Source: Gordius albopunctatus (Eukaryota). From it: a stretch of DNA of 64,000 bases. Both the position numbers and the translations under genes were made by a program. This document shows, piece by piece, positions 54,901 through 64,000 of the stretch (its first letter is position 1; the number at the start of each line of letters is the position of its first letter). Below the pieces are notes generated by a model. That model was not told the origin of the DNA. It saw only the letters and a program-made list of their open reading frames with translations, and did not search any database. The stretch spans positions 7,502,001-7,566,000 of the forward strand of contig OZ193910.1 in NCBI GenBank assembly GCA_964276515.1. Reading direction: 5' to 3'.

Positions 54901-56633
54901 TTTAGGTGTTGCGTTTATATTGTTTCAATATCGCTTTATAAGCGTGTCTCTAGTTTTAGTGTAACAAGCTCTATGCGATCGTGATTTACAGTTAATAATT
55001 TTTGATGACTGATCAAAAAAATGTTTTTCAAGCAATTCACCTCTTATACCGAAAACTTTCATGAGAGCTATATGGTTGAACAAAAAAATTGAAAAAATTT
55101 TGAGGTCGAAACAAATATTATTTTTCATATTCTTTCGAAAGGGAGATGAAAAAATCTTTAAAAGTTAGTAAATATTCTTAGCATTTTGTCCTTGTTAGAA
55201 TCTTGATAGGAATTTTTGCGTTGGCGATGTTTGAGATTGAGAGAAATTAAAATTTAGGTGTTGCGTTTATATTGTTTCAATATCGCTTTATAAGCGTGTC
55301 TCTAGTTTTAGTGAAACAAGCTCTATGCGATCGTGATTTAGAGTTAATAATTTTTGATGACTGATCAAAAAAATGTTTTTCAAGGAATTCATCTCTTATA
55401 CGGAAAACTTTAATGAGAGCTATATGGTTGAACAAAAAAAATTAAAACAATTTCGAGGTCGAAAAAAATATTATTTTTCATATTCTTTCGAAAGGGAGAT
55501 GAAAAAATCTTTAAAAGTTAGTAAATATTCTTAGAATTTTGTCCTTGTTAGAATCTTGATAGGAATTTTTGCGTTGGCGATGTTTGAGATTGAGAGAAAT
55601 TAAAATTTTCGTGTGGCGTTTAGATTGATTCAATATCGCTTTATAAGCGTGTCTCTAGTTTTAGTGAAACAAGCTCTATGCGATCGTGATTTAGAGTTAA
55701 TAATTTTTGATGACTGATCAAAAAAATGTTTTTCAAGCAATTCATCTCTTATACGGAAAACTTTAATGATAGCTATATGGTTGAACAAAAAAATTGAAAA
55801 AATTTTGAGGTCGAAAAAAATATTTTTTTTCATATTCTTTCGTAAGGGAGATGAAAAAATCTTTAAAAGTTATTAAATATTCTTAGCATTTTGTCCTTGT
55901 TAGAATCTTGATAGGAATTTTTGCGTGGGGGGATGTTTTAGATTGAGAGAAATTAAAATTTAGGTGTTGCGTTTATATTGTTTCAATATCTCTTTATAAG
56001 CGTGTCTCTAGTTTTAGTGAAACAAGCTCTATGCGATCGTGATTTAGAGTTAATAATTTTTGATGACTGATCAAAAAAATGTTTTTCAAGGAATTCATCT
56101 CTTATACGGAAAACTTTAATGAGAGCTATATGGTTGAACAAAAAAATTCAAAAAATTTTGAGGTCGAAAAAAATATTTTTTTTCATATTCTTTCGTAAGG
56201 GAGATGAAAAAATCTTTAAAAGTTATTAAATATTCTTAGCATTTTGTCCTTGTTAGAATCTTGATAGGAATTTTTGCGTGGGGGGATGTTTTAGATTGAG
56301 AGAAATTAAAATTTAGGTGTTGCGTTTATATTGTTTCAATATCTCTTTATAAGCGTGTCTCTAGTTTTAGTGAAACAAGCTCTATGCGATCGTGATTTAG
56401 AGTTAATAATTTTTGATGACTGATCAAAAAAATGTTTTTCAAGGAATTCATCTCTTATACCGAAAACTTTCATGAGAGCTATATGGTTGAACAAAAAAAA
56501 TTAAAACAATTTTGAGGTCGAAAAAAATATTATTTTTCATATTCTTTCGAAAAGGAGATGAAAAAAGAATTTTTGCGTGGGGGATGTTTTAGATTGAGAG
56601 AAATTAAAATTTAGGTGTTGAGTTTATATTGTT

Positions 56634-57900
56634 TCAATATCTCTTTATAAGCGTGTCTCTAGTTTTAGTGAAACAAGCTCTATGCGATCGTGATTTAGAG
56701 TTAATAATTTTTGATGACTGATCAAAAAAATGTTTTTCAAGCAATTCATCTCTTATACGGAAAACTTTAATGATAGCTATATGGTTGAACAAAAAAATTG
56801 AAAAAATTTTGAGGTCGAAAAAAATATTTTTTTTCATATTCTTTCGTAAGGGAGATGAAAAAATCTTTAAAAGTTATTAAATATTCTTAGCATTTTGTCC
56901 TTGTTAGAATCTTGATAGGAATTTTTGCGTGGGGGGATGTTTTAGATTGAGAGAAATTAAAATTTAGGTGTTGCGTTTATATTGTTTCAATATCTCTTTA
57001 TAAGCGTGTCTCTAGTTTTAGTGAAACAAGCTCTATGCGATCGTGATTTAGAGTTAATAATTTTTGATGACTGATCAAAAAAATGTTTTTCAAGGAATTC
57101 ATCTCTCATACCGAAAACTTTCATGAGAGCTATATGGTTGAACAAAAAAATTCAAAAAATTTTGAGGTCGAAAAAAATATTTTTTTTCATATTCTTTCGT
57201 AAGGGAGATGAAAAAATCTTTAAAAGTTATTAAATATTCTTAGCATTTTGTCCTTGTTAGAATCTTGATAGGAATTTTTGCGTGGGGGGATGTTTTAGAT
57301 TGAGAGAAATTAAAATTTAGGTGTTGCGTTTATATTGTTTCAATATCTCTTTATAAGCGTGTCTCTAGTTTTAGTGAAACAAGCTCTATGCGATCGTGAT
57401 TTAGAGTTAATAATTTTTGATGACTGATCAAAAAAATGTTTTTCAAGCAATTCATCTCTTATACGGAAAACTTTAATGATAGCTATATGGTTGAACAAAA
57501 AAATTGAAAAAATTTTGAGGTCGAAAAAAATATTTTTTTTCATATTCTTTCGTAAGGGAGATGAAAAAATCTTTAAAAGTTATTAAATATTCTTAGCATT
57601 TTGTCCTTGTTAGAATCTTGATAGGAATTTTTGCGTGGGGGGATGTTTTAGATTGAGAGAAATTAAAATTTAGGTGTTGCGTTTATATTGTTTCAATATC
57701 TCTTTATAAGCGTGTCTCTAGTTTTAGTGAAACAAGCTCTATGCGATCGTGATTTAGAGTTAATAATTTTTGATGACTGATCAAAAAAATGTTTTTCAAG
57801 GAATTCATCTCTCATACCGAAAACTTTCATGAGAGCTATATGGTTGAACAAAAAAATTCAAAAAATTTTGAGGTCGAAAAAAATATTTTTTTTCATATTC
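56634..57900. repeat. Dimeric higher-order repeat, 706 bp x ~2
   Basis: ORF copies at 56634 and 57340. The private allele ctctcatacc occurs at ~57105 and ~57811. Confidence 0.75.
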
Positions 57901-60051
57901 TTTCGAAAGGGAGATGAAAAAATCTTTAAAAGTTATTAAATATTCTTAGCATTTTGTCCTTGTTAGAATCTTGATAGGAATCTTTGCGTGGGGGGATGTT
58001 TTAGATTGAGAGAAATTAAAATTTAGGTGTTGCGTTTATATTGTTTCAATATCGCTTTATAAGCGTGTCTCTAGTTTTAGTGAAACAAGCTCTATGCGAT
58101 CGTGATTTAGAGTTAATAATTTTTGATGACTGATCAAAAAAATGTTTTTCAAGGAATTCATCTCTTATACGGAAAACTTTAATGATAGCTATATGGTTGA
58201 ACAAAAAAATTGAAAAAATTTTGAGGTCGAAAAAAATATTATTTTTCAAATTCTTTCGAAAGGGAGATGAAAAAATGTTTAAAAGTTAGTAAATATTCTT
58301 AGAATTTTGTCCTTGTTAGAATCTTGATAGGAATTTTTGCGTTGGCGATGTTTGAGATTGAGAGAAATTAAAATTTTCGTGTGGCGTTTAGATTGATTCA
58401 ATATCGCTTTATAAGCGTGTCTCTAGTTTTAGTGAAACAAGCTCTATGCGATCGTGATTTAGAGTTAATAATTTTTGATGACTGATCAAAAAAATGTTTT
58501 TCAAGGAATTCATCTCTTATACCGAAAACTTTCATGAGAGCTATATGGTTGAACAAAAAAAATTAAAACAATTTTGAGGTCGAAAAAAATATTATTTTTC
58601 ATATTCTTTCGAAAAGGAGATGAAAAAAGAATTTTTGCGTGGGGGATGTTTTAGATTGAGAGAAATTAAAATTTAGGTGTTGAGTTTATATTGTTTCAAT
58701 ATCGCTTTATAAGCGTGTCTCTAGTTTTAGTGAAACAAGCTCTATGCGATCGTGATTTAGAGTTAATAATTTTTGATGACTGATCAAAAAAATGTTTTTC
58801 AAGGAATTCACCTCTTATACCAAAAACTTTCATGAGAACTATATGGTTGAACAAAAAAATTGAAAAAATTTTGAGGTCGAAAAAAATATTATTTTTCATA
58901 TTTTTTCGAAAGGGAGATGAAAAAATCTTTAAAAGTTAGTAAATATTCTTAGCATTTTGTCCTTGTTAGAATATTGATAGAAATTTATGCGTGGGGGGAT
59001 GTTTTAGATTGAGAGAAATTAAAATTTAGGTGTTGCGTTTATATTGTTTCAATATCGCTTTATAAGCGTGTCTCTAGTTTTAGTGTAACAAGCTCTATGC
59101 GATCGTGATTTAGAGTTAATAATTTTTGATGACTGATCAAAAAAATGTTTTTCAAGCAATTCACCTCTTATACCGAAAACTTTCATGAGAGCTATATGGT
59201 TGAACAAAAAAATTGAAAAAATTTTGAGGTCGAAAAAAATATTATTTTTCAAATTCTTTCGAAAGGGAGATGAAAAAATCTTTAAAAGTTAGTAAATATT
59301 CTTAGAATTTTGTCCTTGTTAGAATATTGATAGAAATTTATGCGTGTGGGAATGTTTTAGATTGAGAGAAATTAAAATTTAGGTGTTGCGTTTATATTGT
59401 TTCAATATCGCTTTATAAGCGTGTCTCTAGTTTTAGTGAAACAAGCTCTATGCGATCGTGATTTAGAGTTAATAATTTTTGATGACTGATCAAAAAAATG
59501 TTTTTCAAGGAATTCACCTGTTATACCGAAAACTTTCATGAGAACTATATGGTTGAACAAAAAAATTAAAACAATTTTGAGGTCGAAAAAAATATTATTT
59601 TTCAAATTCTTTCGAAAGGGAGATGAAAAAATGTTTAAAAGTTAGTAAATATTCTTAGAATTTTGTCCTTGTTAGAATCTTGATAGGAATTTTTGCGTTG
59701 GCGATGTTTGAGATTGAGAGAAATTAAAATTTTCGTGTTGCGTTTATATTGTTTCAATATCGCTTTATAAGCGTGTCTCTAGTTTTAGTGTAACAAGCTC
59801 TATGCGATCGTGATTTAGAGTTAATAATTTTTGATGACTGATCAAAAAAATGTTTTTCAAGCAATTCACCTCTTATACCGAAAACTTTCATGAGAGCTAT
59901 ATGGTTGAACAAAAAAAATTAAAACAATTTTGAGGTCGAAAAAAATATTATTTTTCATATTCTTTCGAAAAGGAGATGAAAAAAGAATTTTTGCGTGGGG
60001 GATGTTTTAGATTGAGAGAAATTAAAATTTAGGTGTTGAGTTTATATTGTT

Positions 60052-63000
60052 TCAATATCGCTTTATAAGCGTGTCTCTAGTTTTAGTGAAACAAGCTCTA
60101 TGCGATCGTGATTTAGAGTTAATAATTTTTGATGACTGATCAAAAAAATGTTTTTCAAGGAATTCACCTCTTATACCGAAAACTTTCATGAGAACTATAT
60201 GGTTGAACAAAAAAATTAAAACAATTTTGAGGTCGAAACAAATATTATTTTTCATATTCTTTCGAAAGGGAGATGAAAAAATCTTTAAAAGTTAGTAAAT
60301 ATTCTTAGCATTTTGTCCTTGTTAGAATCTTGATAGTAATTTATGCGTGGGGGGATGTTTTAGATTGAGAGAAATTAAAATTTTCGTGTTGCGTTTAGAT
60401 TGATTCAATATCGCTTTATAAGCGTGTCTCTAGTTTTAGTGAAACAAGCTCTATGCGATCGTGATTCAGAGTTAATAATTTTTGATGACTGATCAAAAAA
60501 ATGTTTTTCAAGGAATTCATCTCTTATACGGAAAACTTTCATGAGAGCTATATGGTTGAACAAAAAAAATTAAAACAATTTTGAGGTCGAAAAAAATATT
60601 ATTTTTCATATTCTTTCGAAAGGGAGATGAAAAAATCTTTAAAAGTTAGTAAATATTCTTAGAATTTTGTCCTTGTTAGAATCTTGATAGGAATTTTTGC
60701 GTTGGCGATGTTTGAGATTGAGAGAAATTAAAATTTAGGTGTTGCGTTTATATTGTTTTAATATCTCTTTATAAGCGTGTCTCTAGTTTTAGTGAAACAA
60801 GCTCTATGCGATCGTGATTTAGAGTTAATAATTTTTGATGACTGATCAAAAAAATGTTTTTCAAGGAATTCATCTCTTATACGGAAAACTTTAATGAGAG
60901 CTATATGGTTGAACAAAAAAAATTAAAACAATTTCGAGGTCGAAAAAAATATTATTTTTCATATTCTTTCGAAAGGGAGATGAAAAAATCTTTAAAAGTT
61001 AGTAAATATTCTTAGCATTTTGTCCTTGTTAGAATCTTGATAGGAATTTTTGCGTGGGGGGATGTTTTAGATTGAGAGAAATTAAAATTTAGGTGTTGCG
61101 TTTATATTGTTTCAATATCTCTTTATAAGCGTGTCTCTAGTTTTAGTGAAACAAGCTCTATGCGATCGTGATTTAGAGTTAATAATTTTTGATGACTGAT
61201 CAAAAAAATGTTTTTCAAGGAATTCATCTCTTATACGGAAAACTTTAATGATAGCTATATGGTTGAACAAAAAAATTGAAAAAATTTTGAGGTCGAAAAA
61301 AATATTTTTTTTCATATTCTTTCGTAAGGGAGATGAAAAAATCTTTAAAAGTTATTAAATATTCTTAGCATTTTGTCCTTGTTAGAATCTTGATAGGAAT
61401 TTTTGCGTGGGGGGATGTTTTAGATTGAGAGAAATTAAAATTTAGGTGTTGCGTTTATATTGTTTCAATATCTCTTTATAAGCGTGTCTCTAGTTTTAGT
61501 GAAACAAGCTCTATGCGATCGTGATTCAGAGTTAATAATTTTTGATGACTGATCAAAAAAATGTTTTTCAAGGAATTCATCTCTTATACGGAAAACTTTC
61601 ATGAGAGCTATATGGTTGAACAAAAAAAATTAAAACAATTTCGAGGTCGAAAAAAATATTATTTTTCATATTCTTTCGAAAGGGAGATGAAAAAATCTTT
61701 AAAAGTTAGTAAATATTCTTAGAATTTTGTCCTTGTTAGAATCTTGATAGGAATTTTTGCGTTTGCGATGTTTGAGATTGAGAGAAATTAAAATTTTCGT
61801 GTGGCGTTTAGATTGATTCAATATCGCTTTATAAGCGTGTCTCTAGTTTTAGTGAAACAAGCTCTATGCGATCGTGATTTAGAGTTAATAATTTTTGATG
61901 ACTGATCAAAAAAATGTTTTTCAAGGAATTCACCTCTTATACCGAAAACTTTCATGAGAACTATATGGTTGAACAAAAAAATTAAAACAATTTTGAGGTC
62001 GAAACAAATATTATTTTTCATATTCTTTCGAAAGGGAGATGAAAAAATCTTTAAAAGTTAGTAAATATTCTTAGCATTTTGTCCTTGTTAGAATCTTGTT
62101 AGTAATTTATGCGTGGGGGGATGTTTTAGATTGAGAGAAATTAAAATTTTCGTGTTGCGTTTAGATTGATTCAATATCGCTTTATAAGCGTGTCTCTAGT
62201 TTTAGTGAAACAAGCTCTATGCGATCGTGATTCAGAGTTAATAATTTTTGATGACTGATCAAAAAAATGTTTTTCAAGGAATTCATCTCTTATACGGAAA
62301 ACTTTCATGAGAGCTATATGGTTGAACAAAAAAAATTAAAACAATTTTGAGGTCGAAAAAAATATTATTTTTCATATTCTTTCGAAAGGGAGATGAAAAA
62401 ATCTTTAAAAGTTAGTAAATATTCTTAGAATTTTGTCCTTGTTAGAATCTTGATAGGAATTTTTGCGTTGGCGATGTTTGAGATTGAGAGAAATTAAAAT
62501 TTAGGTGTTGCGTTTATATTGTTTCAATATCGCTTTATAAGCGTGTCTCTAGTTTTAGTGAAACAAGCTCTATGCGATCGTGATTTAGAGTTAATAATTT
62601 TTGATGACTGATCAAAAAAATGTTTTTCAAGGAATTCATCTCTTATACGGAAAACTTTAATGAGAGCTATATGGTTGAACAAAAAAAATTAAAACAATTT
62701 CGAGGTCGAAAAAAATATTATTTTTCATATTCTTTCGAAAGGGAGATGAAAAAATCTTTAAAAGTTAGTAAATATTCTTAGAATTTTGTCCTTGTTAGAA
62801 TCTTGATAGGAATTTTTGCGTTGGCGATGTTTGAGATTGAGAGAAATTAAAATTTTCGTGTGGCGTTTAGATTGATTCAATATCGCTTTATAAGCGTGTC
62901 TCTAGTTTTAGTGAAACAAGCTCTATGCGATCGTGATTTAGAGTTAATAATTTTTGATGACTGATCAAAAAAATGTTTTTCAAGGAATTCATCTCTTATA

Positions 63001-63300
63001 CGGAAAACTTTAATGATAGCTATATGGTTGAACAAAAAAATTGAAAAAATTTTGAGGTCGAAAAAAATATTTTTTTTCATATTCTTTCGTAAGGGAGATG
63101 AAAAAATCTTTAAAAGTTATTAAATATTCTTAGCATTTTGTCCTTGTTAGAATCTTGATAGGAATTTTTGCGTGGGGGGATGTTTTAGATTGAGAGAAAT
63201 TAAAATTTAGGTGTTGCGTTTATATTGTTTTAATATCTCTTTATAAGCGTGTCTCTAGTTTTAGTGAAACAAGCTCTATGCGATCGTGATTTAGAGTTAA
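60052..63300. repeat. Imperfect 5-monomer higher-order repeat, ~1765 bp x ~2
   Basis: Offsets 60052->61818 (1766) and 61112->62877 (1765). The allele tagtaatttatgcg is shared at ~60336 and ~62101. Confidence 0.7.
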
Positions 63301-64000
63301 TAATTTTTGATGACTGATCAAAAAAATGTTTTTCAAGGAATTCATCTCTTATACGGAAAACTTTAATGAGAGCTATATGGTTGTACAAAAAAATTCAAAA
63401 AATTTTGAGGTCGAAAAAAATATTATTTTTCATATTCTTTCGAAAGGGAGATGAAAAAATCTTTAAAAGTTAGTAAATATTCTTAGAATTTTGTCCTTGT
63501 TAGAATCTTGATAGGAATTTTTGCGTTGGCGATGTTTGAGATTGAGAGAAATTAAAATTTTCGTGTGGCGTTTAGATTGATTCAATATCGCTTTATAAGC
63601 GTGTCTCTAGTTTTAGTGAAACAAGCTCTATGCGATCGTGATTTAGAGTTAATAATTTTTGATGACTGATCAAAAAAATGTTTTTCAAGGAATTCATCTC
63701 TTATACGGAAAACTTTAATGAGAGCTATATGGTTGAACAAAAAAAATTAAAACAATTTTGAGGTCGAAAAAAATATTATTTTTCATATTCTTTCGAAAAG
63801 GAGATGAAAAAAGAATTTTTGTCGTGGGGGATGTTTTAGATTGAGAGAAATTAAAATTTAGGTGTTGAGTTTATATTGTTTCAATATCGCTTTATAAGCG
63901 TGTCTCTAGTTTTAGTGAAACAAGCTCTATGCGATCGTGATTTAGAGTTAATAATTTTTGATGACTGATCAAAAAAATGTTTTTCAAGGAATTCACCTCT

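Larger units (their letters stand above)
1..64000. repeat. Tandem satellite DNA array, ~353-bp AT-rich monomer, ~180-185 head-to-tail copies in one orientation, open at both window ends
   Basis: gagctatatggttgaa recurs at 1, 354, 707 and onward to the end of the window. Consecutive ORF-track copies are 352-353 bp apart (e.g. 49044, 49397, 49750). No non-monomer sequence was seen. Hand count for monomer 1: 101/353 G+C. Confidence 0.99.
33901..64000. repeat. Satellite subfamily domain B (distal)
   Basis: Diagnostic alleles gcgttggcgatgtttgag, cgtgtggcgtttagattgattc, ggaattcatctcttatacgg, aaagttattaaat, ctttcgtaagg and gagaactatatg. Upstream, those that occur at all are almost confined to the 13.4-14.0 kb island. 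Confidence 0.9.

Noticed and set aside
567..63080. 61 copies of a 66-67-aa minus-strand ORF (MKNNIFFDLK...) as a tandem gene family; open in 50 domain-B monomers versus 11 domain-A monomers
   Set aside because: The ORF lies wholly within the monomer, and its K/F/I/N-rich composition reflects A/T tracts. It has no recognisable domain. It is broken in most copies by homopolymer indels or by TAA stops from the common alleles ggaattaac and tttttaaagg, which explains the A/B difference. Visible variants are largely amino-acid changing. Ribosome profiling or peptide evidence would be needed to revive it.
1..64000. CRISPR array, integron cassette array or other repeat-spacer system
   Set aside because: There are no unique spacers or cassettes; every segment is a near-identical copy of the same monomer, and no associated genes are present.

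Overview
The whole 64 kb is one uninterrupted, head-to-tail, single-orientation tandem array of an AT-rich ~353-bp monomer, roughly 180-185 copies. Monomer 1 is ~29% GC by hand count. This is satellite DNA, most plausibly eukaryotic centromeric or heterochromatic; I cannot name the family or organism. I find no supportable gene, RNA gene, transposon insertion, inversion or CRISPR array. The repeated 67-aa ORF is a by-product of the monomer. The informative structure is in the variants. There are two subfamily domains with a sharp junction at ~33.9 kb and a two-monomer island of distal-type sequence at ~13.4-14.0 kb. There are also local higher-order repeats (2-, 3-, 5-, 7- and 8-mers), long-range duplicated blocks, fixed-breakpoint deletion variants (55, 7 and 24 bp) and one out-of-register junction at ~31.45 kb. 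I see no evidence of a novel gene-based system. All counts and offsets are by eye or taken from the ORF track and need computational confirmation.
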